Origin: Parasitella parasitica NRRL 2501
Taxonomy: Eukaryota > Fungi > Mucoromycota
DNA: 64,000 bases
Assembly (NCBI GenBank): GCA_025201805.1
Contig: MU619253.1
Span: 2,202-66,201, forward strand
Direction: 5' to 3'
This document shows, in pieces, positions 1 to 12,626 of the stretch. The position numbers were made by a program, and so were the translations under genes. How positions within the stretch are numbered: position 1 is the stretch's first letter; every line of letters starts with the position of its first letter. The notes beneath the pieces were generated by a model. That model made no database searches, was not told where the DNA came from, and saw only the letters and a program-made list of their open reading frames with translations.

Positions 1-290
1 TAAAGAGAAGATTGGGTAGGATGTCTTCCCGACATCCCGCGATCTGATCTAGATGTATTCTTTGAATAAGCCTGGAACCTTGCAAGAGGTCCAATTACAA
101 CTTGTAGCTTATTCCTTATTTGTAAAAGAATTACCAACAATTAATATCATGATCCGTGCATTATGACTAAGTTAGATATGACATATGTAGCCTTTATATG
201 GATACAACAAAAAGGACGTTTGTAAATCCTACGTTTATTTTCGATTGTAATCTCAAAAAAAGCTATGACCAAATGTTTATCAATTATTAT

Positions 291-832
291 AGGGGTATTC
301 AAATAGCTTCTTAAAATCTTCAATTAAATTAAAATAAAAACAAAATGTATGATTGGCCAGAACATCCGTATACATCTAATCACGAAAAGGTTGTTGTCAA
401 AACTAGGATCCTCGTCTCTCCTGCCCTCTCCATAAAACGTGGACAGCAGGGTGTTGCTCAATCAGCAACTTGAGAATCCCTGCTGACATGACCGGCACTG
501 TCCTGTGCGTGGCATTGACAGAACCAAATTAGGCTACCACCATGCCAACAATGATGCTGCCAGTGAGTTGCAACGCCTTGCCGTCAGCATATCTCCATCA
601 AGCCAACCAAACAACATGGTGGCACCATGTATGGTGAGGAATCGGATCAGTCTCCCGACGCTTTAAAGATTTACTCAATTTTTGAAAGCTCCTTCCTTGT
701 TTTTAAATTTTTAATTGAAATTATCGATTTTTTTATTAAAATGGGGTATTCACTTGTATATCGAATCCATTGGCTGAAATATTTTAATTTTTTTTTTTTT
801 ATTTAATTTTTTTTTGCTATTTGAATACCCCT
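291..832. mobile_element. Non-autonomous DNA transposon (MITE-like) with 17-bp perfect terminal inverted repeats
   Basis: AGGGGTATTCAAATAGC at 291-307 and its exact reverse complement GCTATTTGAATACCCCT at 816-832. TAT flanks both ends (288-290, 833-835), consistent with a 3-bp target-site duplication. No long ORF inside. Confidence 0.75.
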
Positions 833-1433
833 TATACCATAAATATCATGAATCTTATAATAATCGTGCAACTCATACTCCATAGTAATCAGGCACCGAA
901 TATTACTGCTGTTTCCCACAAAGCTTGATCTATTTAAACATAATCAAGTTATTGCATTATCAACTTGTATTAAATATATACTTTGCTTCCAAATATTAAT
1001 GAGATGTCGGTAAATCAGCAGACAGAGCTTTGCGTAGACTTTCACTATGAATAAGCTATGAAGAGTTTCAGAAATATTTTATTTTTGATACTTAATGCCT
1101 TTTTATTACAATCTAGTCTGTTAGATTGATCCCACTGGCCGACCTATACAAAATCAGTTTATGAGCACCACTTTATTTGCATTTATATACATGGCTACAT
1201 CTAGTACTTGGATTCGATAAAAAGTTGAAACCTCATACTATATATAACCAGGAAGGAGAAGAAAGCTCAAATCTGAAACCAAAATCTAATGTTTTGGGAT
1301 TTCGCATACCACGTACAGTCAAGAAGTATGCATTGTATAAACGTAGAGTATGGTTTATTTAAAATTATCAAATCAAACAAAGTCAATCAATAACTCACCC
1401 GCATAAAAATGACAAAAAGGATCAATCTGTTCA

Positions 1434-1473
1434 CATGAATCATGAATCATGAACCATGAACCATGAACCATGA
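1434..1473. repeat. 7-bp tandem repeat (CATGAAT/CATGAAC) x about 5-6
   Basis: catgaatcatgaatcatgaaccatgaaccatgaaccatga read directly, downstream of the KH gene stop. Confidence 0.85.
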
Positions 1474-1728
1474 TGAAAAAAGCTATTAAAAAGCGTAGAC
1501 AAGATATTCAAAAGAAAGAGACCTACAAATACAATGACAAAGTTTCCTGGTTTTTTTTTCCATTTACTTACACAGGCGAATACAATTTAAACATGTAATA
1601 AAACAAAGAACAAACATACGAACAATTTTTTTTTTTTCAAAAACACGATTCAAAAAAAAAAAAAAAGAAAGAAAGAGAGCAATTATGGGATATCTGGCAT
1701 TGACTACTGTACATATTATGTATATTTT

Positions 1729-3903
1729 TCACTCATCATCATCAGCAGTAGTAGTACTATCAAGATTTTTGTTTGAATCAGATACTGTTTTCTTTTCCTT
1801 TTTGTCGTCTTCCAGAGGTTCTCCATCCACATTTTCTTCTTCTGATTGTTGTTGCGGCTGTTGCTGTTGGGAAGATGTATCATAAGATCCATATTGTTGT
1901 TGGCCATAGTATTGTTGATACCATTGATAATAAGCTTCTTGTTGTTCTTTGGTTGGTTGCTGTCCGCCATAATATTGTGCATAGTATGCCTGTTGATCTG
2001 CAGCAGAATTGCCGTCTCCTCCGTCTGCTTTCTTATCTTCAGAATCATTATTATCATCAACATTCCCTGAAGGAGGAGCAGCAGCCCCATCTGGTTGTGA
2101 GGGATCCTGCTGCTGATAATTGTACTGATAGCCGGGATATTGCTGATAGCCTGTGTACAACTAACATGAGTAAACCGACACTTGTTTAATATAAACTGAT
2201 AAATATTACCTTCATTTCCAGAGCCACCGTACTGGCTTTGATCGTAGCCGTACTGTTGGTAGTATTGGCTATATTGCTGATTATAATCATATCCACCTTC
2301 CCCCCCACCTTGTTGTTGGTTGTACTCATTTCCGTATTCATTTTGACCTCTGTATCCTCCTCTATCATTGTTGTATCCGCCGTATCTTCCACCAGAGCCA
2401 CGGGTAGCCTCTGCAACTTTATCTAGGACTAATTGTTTAGCAATTGCGACACATTGGGGGTCCCCAGAGATATTGACAATGCGTTCATCCGAATTAGGGT
2501 CATTATTGGGGTCAATCTTGACTCTAGCACCTGATTGATCTTGCATTGATCGAACGGTTTCGCCGCCTCTACCAATAATCAAGCCAACTGCAGAGGAAGG
2601 GACAGTAACAAAAGTACGCTCGTCATCAGGTCTTCCCATGCGATTGTAATTATTGTATCCTCCTTGTTGTCCATAGCCGCCTCCGCCTCCACCGAAACCC
2701 TGTTGCTGACCCTATAAAGTATACATATAAGCAATCTGAACCATCTCAAAGTGTATGTACGTTACGTTTCCAGAGACAATATCATCGATAAGCGATTTAG
2801 CCATCTGAGTAGCGGCATCATCGCCAACAATATTGATAACCCTTTCATTGTTGCTGTCTCCAGAGCTATCAGAAGCTATCAAAATTTTGGCTCTACTACG
2901 TTCTTCTAAATCGCGAATAGTGTCTCCACCACGACCAATGACTAATCCGACTTTATTGACAGGGATGCGGATGGTAGCTGTGTTTCCTCCCTGCGAGTGG
3001 TATCCACCGCCCATTCCACCGCCCATTCCACCGCCCATTCCACCGCCTCCAGGTCTTTCATTTGCCAGCGCATCAGAGACCATTTGCTGGATCATATCAC
3101 GAGCAACTGCAGTTTGATCAGGCTGACCAGTTAATGTAACTGTTCTTTCATTGCCAACAGGATCTGAATGCAACCAGAGTAAGTTATGTATCACGAACAG
3201 AGTAAAAGATAAATTAGCATCTTACCATTTGCAAACTGAACCTTGGATACACCAGACATGCGCTCAATCCTTTTCAAGTTTTCTCCGCCTTTGCCGATAA
3301 GTAACCCAACCATATGGTTAGGCACGGCGTATTCTACTTGACCGCCGCCTCCGTAGGGTTTACGTTCATCAGCCCCAAGACCATATCTACTTCTTGGCTC
3401 ACTGCTGCCATCTACAAAAAAATAAAAATAAAAAAATCAAATTTAGCATATCCATAATCTTGCACCAGAAGGTATCGACGTTTTACATGAAGGTCTTGAG
3501 GAGCCGCTGTCGTAAGCGCTTCTTTTATTGTCGTGTTGGGCCTCACCATATGAGCCATAGGAACGGCTTGACGAAGAGCCATGATAATCGTCGCTACGAT
3601 CGTCATCACTGTGGCCTCTTTTGGTACCTAGCTCCTTGTATTAGCGCCTTTCGACTGTAGATTAAGTCGTGAATTACCTGAATAGGAGGGAGAGGATGAA
3701 TACTGGGAAGGGCTGACATCTGGTTGTCCACTACCGCTGCCACTACCATCGCCACCGCCACCGGCTGATTGTTGCTTGAGCTTTTCCGCAATGGCTCTAG
3801 CCTTTGATAAAGCATCGTTAAAATTGAGAGGAGCTGCTGAGGCAGAACCTGAAGACGATAAAGAAGGTGGAGGAGGCACAGCTGAATAGTCGTTGCCGCC
3901 CAT
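1729..3903 (-). CDS. KH-domain RNA-binding protein, far-upstream-element-binding protein (FUBP/KHSRP)-like; multi-exon
   Basis: Three type-I KH repeats with GxxG loops (VGLLIGKGGE, VGLVIGRGGD, VGLIIGRGGE), N-terminal 'FNDALSKARAIAEKL' helix as in FUBP, Gly-rich linkers and a C-terminal Tyr/Gln-rich tail (QAYYAQYY, AYYQWYQQYY). ATG at 3903, TGA at 1729, GT-AG introns join the ORF pieces. Confidence 0.85.
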
Positions 3904-4068
3904 AATGAACAAGTTGTTTTGAATTGGGAAGGAAAAAGGAAGAATGAAAAATATTTGCTTTCAACCATGCTTGTTCTAATTGGTGACTACTATATTACTC
4001 GACAATGGTTCCCTGAAATGCATGTGTGCTCTGAACTCTGTATTTTTTTATAGGCAAAACAGCCCCTC

Positions 4069-5064
4069 ATGAGTTCCAAGCTAATCTCCAGGAAATGGAT
4101 ACAAAAGCTACTACCAGTCTGTGATGGAGACCTAGCGCATGCTAAACGGCAGCTGGAATGGCTCAAAGAGAAGGTTACATTGGACTCGAGCGGAAACAGC
4201 AGCAAGTCCATATATTCGCTCTCCAACGCAGAGCAGGATCAGCTGGATGAGTATATTCTGCAGCGAACAGAGCAGCACAAACCGCTGCAGTACATACTAG
4301 GTACAAGCAAGTTGCATACTCCAATGGCACTTTTACTCATGACGCTATTTAGGCACACAGCCATTCTGCGAATTGGACATTGTTACACGACCTCCCATAC
4401 TGATACCAAGGTATAACATTAGAGTACATGGAATTTTTTGCACTTCACACATTGAGAATTTAAAAGATGGGAGACAGAAGAGTGGACGTACAGAGTCATC
4501 GATTTGATCCGTAGTCAATTATCAACTATAAAAAAACCGTTGAGGATCCTGGACATATGTACTGGATCGGGCTGTATTTCCTTGGCACTAGCCAGACATT
4601 TGCCAAACAATTCCGTCCATATTACCGGTCTAGACATCTCTAGCGAAGCCATTGCGCTCTCCAACCACAATTTAAACGTACACCAGGCACTTCTTCAAAA
4701 TCCAGTCGAATTCCATGTCGAGGATATCTTTGAATACAAGCCATCAGATGACGTTCATTTGATTGTGTCCAACCCGCCTTACATTACGAACGAAGAGTAT
4801 GCGGCTCTAGACCCTGAGGTAAAGGACTGGGAAGATGCGAGGGCACTTGTTGCCTCGGATCAAGGAACACGGGTCCATCAGCGCATAATCCAAGTGGCAA
4901 AACACTGCAAGCCACTGCTACAAGGGCCTCATCTGTTCATGGAGATAGGAGGCGCTCATCAAATTGGCCTACTGAGTGGTATGATGCTCCAGCAAGCGTT
5001 TACTTTTGTCGATGTCTGGAAGGATCTGGCGGCTAAAGACAGAGTGATCACCGCTGGATTCTGA
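4069..5064 (+). CDS. MTQ1: HemK/PrmC-family N5-glutamine methyltransferase (mitochondrial MTQ1-like); multi-exon
   Basis: 'HKPLQYILG', spliced 'TQPF..LDI.TRPPILIPRWETEEW', SAM motif 'ILDICTGSGCI', catalytic 'VSNPPY', C-terminal 'WKDLAAKDRV'. The true start could be slightly upstream of 4069. Confidence 0.88.
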
Positions 5065-5378
5065 TGTCTCGTGATGTCGAAACATAGCGTGGCGTGTTTG
5101 TTCCTCTCTTTTGTTGTGTAAAGTATACAAACATGTCAACTGACCCGCCCTCCTTTTTATTAGATATCGTGAGAGTTTTCTGTTACAAATAAAAAACTCA
5201 CCAGAAAAAGACCAAATGTAGTGTTTATATGACAGTAGTATAAAGCAGATTAACGGTGCGTATGTGCAAGTATCCTGATAATCCGTGTTCTTCCGGACAA
5301 TTATGATATTATGCAACCCTAAATTCTATCATATTCGGCTGTTGATTGTAACGTGCAAGAGCATTTCAAAATGCAGAA

Positions 5379-5409
<31 letters not shown>

Positions 5410-5453
5410 TAATCCTGAATTAAGTGTGTGACCCAGTTGAAATTATACATGCA

Positions 5454-5461
5454 TATATAAA
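5454..5461 (+). promoter_or_regulatory. TATA box of the microprotein gene
   Basis: TATATAAA about 70 nt upstream of ATG 5528, followed by a pyrimidine-rich leader. Confidence 0.5.
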
Positions 5462-5527
5462 GTGAACCCCAACTGATTTTCCTTTCTCTTTTTTGTTCCT
5501 ACTTTCATTTCAAATTTTAATTCAAGT

Positions 5528-5899
5528 ATGCCAAATTCACTAGCAACAAAAGGACCGTTCTACTGGTAATGTTCCTTGCTTTCTAGAACATCACTGCCTT
5601 TATTTTTGCTGATACTATGTCGTAGGGCTGTGCCTTTAACTCTAGTTGTTGCCACTGTCTATGTCTCCAAGATAAAAACGTCGTCCATTTCATCACATCC
5701 GCTGAAATTTGTTCCTTCTGGCGAGCCAAAATTTGATTCAGCGAATATGGATCGCATTCGAGCGGAATGGCGCCATAGAAACAATGGCATTGGACTGAGG
5801 GATGTCAGGTAATAAAATTTTGCACATAAAAAAAAAAAAAAATATAGCCAAGGCGATAATTAACGCAAATCCTATAGTCGAAGTGGAGGAGGTGTTTAA
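5528..5899 (+). CDS. 80-aa single-pass membrane microprotein, three exons (5528-5565, 5626-5808, 5878-5899)
   Basis: Spliced translation MPNSLATKGPFYWAVPLTLVVATVYVSKIK...GIGLRDVSRSGGGV*. Both introns are GT-AG of typical length and keep frame. Upstream TATA box and one hydrophobic segment. Confidence 0.7.
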
Positions 5900-6440
5900 T
5901 CTACTTGTACATATGATAATAGCGCACGAGAACTCGAAAAAAAAAAATCACTCAAAATTGCAGGGCCTTTTAATCCGTGTATAAATATTCTCCATTTCAA
6001 CTATCCTTATCCCTAACATATAAATATATCACATATATATAAAGTATCATTTATATGCTACTGATATATTTTGGGGGGCATTGATCTGTATGTATTCCGG
6101 CTCTATCAAGCAGTCTTTATTAAATAAGATGCCAGCTTGCATGCGTTATTATATCAACAGATTTGGAGTTATTTACTTTATTCTGTTGTGTGCATGGAGT
6201 ATACATGTAAACACTGACAACAACGTTCTAGTTGTGACAACCAGCAAAACGAATACATATAACACACCTGCGATATATTGTATAGTCCTCCATACCATTC
6301 TTTCAAACAAGAATGTAATATGCCTTAAAACGGTTGATTTCATATATTTAAATAAATTGTATTGAAATCAACCTTAACGCCTCCTTTCAGTCAACTTTTT
6401 ACCAACCCCCCCTTTTTTCTTTTGTCTCCTATACATCACC

Positions 6441-7736
6441 ATGCTAAGAAATCCTACTGCTGCTATCACTACTGAGTGCATTGAAGACGAATACGAAAAG
6501 CTACAGTCTGCTTGGAAACAGCAGCTAAATGACATGAAAAACCAGCCCCATCAGCGAGTCAGCAATCATGACAATGCGCACTTTACATTGATGCATCTCT
6601 TCCACAGCTATTTGAATCAGATTTGGATGGATTCGCAAAACATGCTACAGTGTGCACAGTCCTGGAACAACGACACAAACCAAAAGGATGCTGCATTCAC
6701 CATGAAAGTGCTTGGTATGCATCTGATGAAGCAATCTCTAAGAACCCGCCAAGAGTTTTTTCAGATAGTAGATGAGGTATCTGGCACTATTGACTACTTT
6801 TCAATGCCTTCAACAGCAACAGCTGTACCCGCTGAAAACCCACTTTGCTCATCGCCCTCTTTGTCGCCCGTTAGCTCGTTGTTGGCGCCAGAGCCTATAC
6901 CTGTCAAGCTGACTAGCTCCCCATCTACGCCTACAATCAGCACCTATGCAACATTGGGCTATTGGCAGGGTGATACGACAACGACTTGCAAACATGCGTT
7001 TACCCCTGGATCGAATTACTCGCTTTATTTTCCTGCTGAACCCAATCACAAAGACTCACAGCAGCAGCATTTATCATGCCATTTTTGCCATGAAAAGCTG
7101 GGGCTCAAGAAAAGCTTCTCTGCAGATAACTTTTGTACACTTATCAGCCAGACATCATCTACCTGTACAAACAATAGCAGTGACGACGAGATAGAATCTC
7201 TGGGGGACGACATGGCGGCAAGCAAGAAATTGCTGATGCCGGACGAAGATTACGATAATGATGGCGATGATGATGGAATCTGTAATTACCGGGAAAAGCT
7301 GTTAAAGTACCAGTTGGTAAGCGAGTTGCACGAGAGCTCAAAGGTCGAAATTGAGGATGATAGGGACAATGCGTCAATTTCATCCTGTGGCTCCGTAACA
7401 GACGAATTGAAAATGAAAAGGTCGACTGTGAGCAATAATCTGCTTCATCAGCGCCTGGATTCCTTCTCGAGCTACCTGCCGGAATCAGTGTATTCATCTG
7501 ATAACTGCAACTGTGAAAACAACGCTATGCCCAGAAAAAAGAGATATTTGTCCACGTTTTTCAACACTAATAAAACAGCAGAAAACAGCGCTGTGAAGGC
7601 AGGCTTTAGGGACAAGTTTAGACGATACCGAAAGGATAGGAACGCTCTACCACGCTCATTATCAAGCTCACTGCTCCAACTGTTTTCACCATCATCAAAT
7701 AAAAACAATAAAAGACAGCAGCAAGCTCAAATTTAG
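6441..7736 (+). CDS. Hypothetical protein, single exon, 431 aa, Ser/Asp-rich
   Basis: Uninterrupted 1.3-kb ORF with good ATG context after a pyrimidine-rich leader. Helical-looking N-terminus, low-complexity C-terminus. No recognised domain. Confidence 0.75.
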   Translation: MLRNPTAAITTECIEDEYEKLQSAWKQQLNDMKNQPHQRVSNHDNAHFTLMHLFHSYLNQIWMDSQNMLQCAQSWNNDTNQKDAAFTMKVLGMHLMKQSLRTRQEFFQIVDEVSGTIDYFSMPSTATAVPAENPLCSSPSLSPVSSLLAPEPIPVKLTSSPSTPTISTYATLGYWQGDTTTTCKHAFTPGSNYSLYFPAEPNHKDSQQQHLSCHFCHEKLGLKKSFSADNFCTLISQTSSTCTNNSSDDEIESLGDDMAASKKLLMPDEDYDNDGDDDGICNYREKLLKYQLVSELHESSKVEIEDDRDNASISSCGSVTDELKMKRSTVSNNLLHQRLDSFSSYLPESVYSSDNCNCENNAMPRKKRYLSTFFNTNKTAENSAVKAGFRDKFRRYRKDRNALPRSLSSSLLQLFSPSSNKNNKRQQQAQI

Positions 7737-7825
7737 GGTGGCTCTTTTGGTTGTGTAAATAATAAAAGACTAGCATCTTTATTTGGACAAATGCATATTG
7801 TTTGTTGCACATCTAGTGCCGTTAA

Positions 7826-10800
7826 TTAAGCCTTTTTATTCACTTGCCTTCCTTTGATTCTAGCACTAGGAGCAAGCCATTGAGTAGGACCATTGTAATA
7901 TTTACCCAGCAAATATCTTCCTTTTACCGTTAGTTGGTCATCGTCTTGCAAATGTCGAGTAGAAGCCGAAATAGATCGGGCCAATGCAGCTGACGATGAT
8001 GCTTCGCTACCTTTTGTGGTAATGTGGTGCGGGTCAATAGAGGAAGCGTCTATACTTGAATTTAATCCGTCTTGAGTAGAAGGTCGTTCTGGGGACCCTT
8101 TTTTCGGTTTTTTTAGTCTGTAAGTATACAAAGGGAGAAAGAATTAGCGTGTTTAGGACAATAATTCATGATGCTGTAATGCACTTTACTTGGACCAAAT
8201 GTGTGCCTTTCTGGACGATGTGGCCGTAGTGCTAAAATCATCGTCTGAATGTGCTGAATGCAGCGAAGAGGTATCTTTTGGATCCATGCTATCTTCAGCT
8301 GAAGAGTCGGACTGGTTATCTGTAGTGTCGTCTGGTTTGCCTGCCTGATTTTTAAAACTGGCCAAGTGATCTGCTACGTATACAGGCGTACTGTGTAGCG
8401 ATATACTCGAGTCAATGAGCTTGGAGCTCTCGCGCGGATGTCGACGGAGCAATTTCTCTTTAAGCAGCGCAGTACTATTGTGCAGTAAAGCAGCTCTCAT
8501 AAAGTCTGCCGTTTCGCCAGAATGTTAGACATTGCGCAAACAGGTATACATATATAAACGAACCTTTTTTGATGTTGGACATGAGCTCAAACCAGGACCA
8601 AGTCTCGTTGCGGAACTCTAGTGTGGGTTGCTCAAACGCAAAATCTCTCAAATCTTCGATATTTTTCTCTTTTGGGCCCTAATATCGACTGTCAATTTCA
8701 TCTGCTGCAAGCGAAGCGCAGTATTGCTGTCGTACTTACCTGGTAGCTCAAGCAGTGTCTTGCGCCTGGTATTTTCACTAGAATGAATGCCCTGTTGCTA
8801 GAGGCGCGTTTCTTCATGACAGATAAGTCGTCAGGTGTTTTGTATTTCGACAGCTTGTTGCTATTTTGTTTCCTCGACTTTTTGCCACTGCTGCTGCTGC
8901 TGTTCTGTGATGCGGGTATCATGCTGCTTGATGATGGGGTATCGTTCATTGTTTCTTCCGCTAAAGCATCTTCTCTGTTGGACATGGCAAAATTGCTGTT
9001 GGTGCTGTTCATGCTGAGCTTTTGGGAGTCAGAAGAAGCACCCGAGTTGCCGCTTGCTGCTGGCGCAGAAGCAATAGAAGGTGCTGTATTCTGCTTGTGC
9101 GCAACGCTGTCAGAACGTTCGCTACTGCTGGGCTGGGGTATGATGACTGTAGAGCAATTGGAAACATAGTCAGTCGACATATCACTCGAATCAGGCGGTG
9201 TGGGTGCGCTGATGGTGGCAGTGGGCACTGAAGCTGAAGGTGCGACGACAACATCAGCTCCCAATTGTTTGTTGGGAGACGGCTTTTCTGGAGGAAAGAG
9301 GTAGTAGGCCAACTGTCTGCCAAAGCTGTAGGTCATCTGTACACGCATTGGATGAAGGTTGATTTCTAAATGCTGTATGACGGGGATGCCGCCCACAGGA
9401 GCCAAGGACACAAAGTAGCAGCGCAGCATTTTGTGGCGAGAAAAGTCGTACGGTTTGCGTGGATCAAAATAAGGGCCGAGGACATCCGCAAAGACGGGCA
9501 AAGGCGACAGGTTCTTTACTTGCAAGATATCCACCTCCAGCGTGTTGATAGACGAGTGATCTTCTTTGCTGACAAAGTTGAATGTGAGATTAGTCAGTGC
9601 ACACTCACACAAGGGCACTTCTCCCTTTGAAAGCATCTCCCACTCCATCTTCTCGGCGCAAAAGACAAACTTGAGGTTGGTTTTAGGCTCATGGTAGTCT
9701 TTGCGCTGGTTACTTTGCATTAGCTTGATCGCCTCCATACCAAGATACAGCTCCTCAAGCGTGTCGTACAATGTCAAACGAATCGATTTGAACTCCTCTA
9801 TGCGCTGGTCGTCTAATAGAGCAATGTTCTGGCGATACTGGTCTCTGGCATGCAGCAATTGACGCGCTCTGCTCTGCAGATCAACAATCTTTTCAGTCGC
9901 TTCATACAGGCTGGAGCGATCAGCAGCCATCATGATTTCGCGAAGTCGAGCAAGTCGCTCTTTCTTGGCAGGCTCCTTGTATAAGAGGAGATCAGTAGCT
10001 ACCTGGTAAATGGCATTGTACTGCGCCGAGTCGGCTGTCAGCTTGAGCGAAGGAAAGTTCAGCTGCACCGAATCACACCTGTCCTCAAACGGATGGACTT
10101 CCGAATACACGTTGGTGTTGGTCTTGATTCTAAGCGGGTTGTATTTGTCGTACTGCAAAGTGGCAGCAATGCGATCGCCAATACGCTGGAACTTGTCAGA
10201 TCGCTTGACGTAGTTGATCAGCATCTCTGGCGGAATCCACGCAAGCCAGTGGTCGCTCTCTTTTGCGCCGTAGTGGTTGTCCAGCAACAGATCAACGCTG
10301 TCAAACTGCTCCTTCTTGGCCACAAAAAATTGCACATTGTCCAGGCTGACAATCGTCCGATGTTTGACCATCTCCATCTCTACATCCGGGTCTGTTTCAT
10401 CGACAATATTAAAGCCTTTCACTTGAGCACGCTCGTTAGCGACCAGGACAATGTTGTCCGGGTCACAGTCGCTTTGGAGGCTGATTTGCGGATTCAAGAG
10501 ATCCACAAGATAGCTGCTCTTCATGACATAGTTGCTGGGAATCGTCTTTAGCTGCATCAATGGGCTGTTGACATTGTCGCTTTTGGACATATCCACCGTG
10601 TCAGATGTACTGCCGTCTGCCGGCTTCTCTTCTTCGGTTTCGTTGGGCGCGTGGAACTTGGTGTCTATTTCAGAGAGCAGCTTGGCAATCAATTCCTCTG
10701 CCATGGATGTATCCATGCCACCCTCGTCGTCGTCTAGCACAAACTGCTTGTGGTTATGGCTGTACTGCATGTCAGACGCTTCGATTAGGTCTCTCAAAAA

Positions 10801-12595
10801 TTTAACCGTGCGCGCGGTCATGTAGTATGAGAGTGCGCGGCGGTGATCTCTGAGATCGAGTCCGTGGTAGAGAATGTTGCGCACTGAATTGTTCCAAAGA
10901 ATCTGCGGGTTGTGAGCAATGCATCGAACCTTAAAGTAGCCCATGAGCTCTTCCCACTGAGCTAGAGAATCTCTGCCAAAGATGGTTGATTTGCAATGAA
11001 CAGCATCAGGTATATCTTGCGTGGATAATTCCTTAAGATAGCGCTGTAATAGCTCGCGTTTCTCGTACAAGATCCTTGTTTTTTCCACGATGGCATCAGA
11101 CTATGCATAAAAGATTGTTAGCTGATGGATGCACATCATCATGCTTTGCTACCACAATTACCATGTCCTGCAAAAGCTTTTCGTCTGACCCGTGCTGAAG
11201 ACGCTTCAATTCAATGTTGTGTAGCCGAACCTGATGCTTTCTGATCTGCACATCGATATTTTGGCTTCTGTCGCGGAGCAATGTCATTTGCATCTCGCGC
11301 GTGTCTTTGTATGTACAGAGGCTGTGAGTCAAACAATACGCGCTTGTTATTTAGTGCAAAACGACTTACCAACTGCTGTACCTAATATACAGTCATGAGT
11401 CCCATGCAAATACTTGAATTTCTGCACATCGTCTTTGTTGGTTTGGCGAAGGTAATATATACAGGGCGAAAATGCAAACGGCAGCACTTGGATGGCAGGG
11501 AGAATGTCTGGCGTAGCGACATCTAGCTCTATAAAGTCATCCAAATCAACCCAATCTGAAGAATCAGAGTCATTATTGCATCTGTAATTCAGTCCTTCCA
11601 TCATGTCCAGCCCATTGTCGCTCTCATCCGAAAGATACTGGTCTGCTTGCACAGGGACGCTGATGTTCTCTGCACCAGAGGAAGAAAAGGAATCATCACC
11701 ATTGATGTTGTAGTTGGCTTTGACGGCCCTCAAATCGATGTTCTTGAGCTGCACCTCTGCCTCAGTGACAGGCCAATTTGCCTTTAGGCGCTTCTGGTCC
11801 AGTTTGTAGTTGGCAACGTTTACAATCTCACGTCTTTGATGGATGTCCACGCTGAATGCCTTGACAAACCCCTTTAACCCCACTGAGTCGCCTAGTTCTT
11901 CAGTTGTCACTTCCTGTGCCACCACATTTTCATCCTTCATAAAGTAGCCACACGCCAGCGGGTTGACTACGACCTTGTATTTCATAGTGCTCATGTGGCG
12001 GCCAAACTTCTGCGTTGGGCGAGTATCAAGTTTGGGGAATAACGAGCCTGCTCGTAACGGATAGCCCATTGCACCGCCAAACAAGCGAAACCAGGAAACA
12101 AAATGGTCTATGAAGCCTGGCGTCAAATGCATAGAATTGCCTGTGACATTGCTCTTGTCTGAATCAGGCTCGTAACCCGACATCTTGATGATGCTGATGG
12201 AAGTGTGAATAAAATCTGACCTGAATCCTCTATAGGCATCGTAGTCCTAGATTCAACACTTGAATGTGAATACACAATTGCTACATTTGTTACGCGTCTC
12301 TGCAGCGGTCTTACCTTTTCGTGGACGTTTTGCGGCGCCATAAACTTTACCTTGTAATGCGGTAAAAAGTGCAGCAACCTGCTCTTGTGCACAGCACGAG
12401 CGTCAGGCATGACTTCGCTGTCTTCATCGCATATCTCACAATGAGGGTTGCACATGCGTTCCAGTTGGCAGCCCAGCCCCATCCGAATGCCTCCTGATAG
12501 CTTCAGCGCAATCTTTACAAAACGGGACCCATTTTCATCGCTGTTTGTCAAGATGGACGAGTTGAAAGACGACATGGACACGGACTGGCGCATCT

Positions 12596-12626
<31 letters not shown>

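Noticed and set aside
1-150. Possible Tc1 transposase C-terminal remnant (KRRLGR...AWN) and a small GGATGTC/GACATCC hairpin
   Set aside because: Too short and degenerate, cut by the window edge, and no catalytic motif is visible.
3004-3048. 12-bp tandem repeat (CCACCGCCCATT)
   Set aside because: Simply encodes the GGGM linker of the KH protein.
1685-3117. Several + strand ORFs overlapping the KH gene
   Set aside because: Antisense shadows of a low-complexity coding sequence with no independent coding signal.
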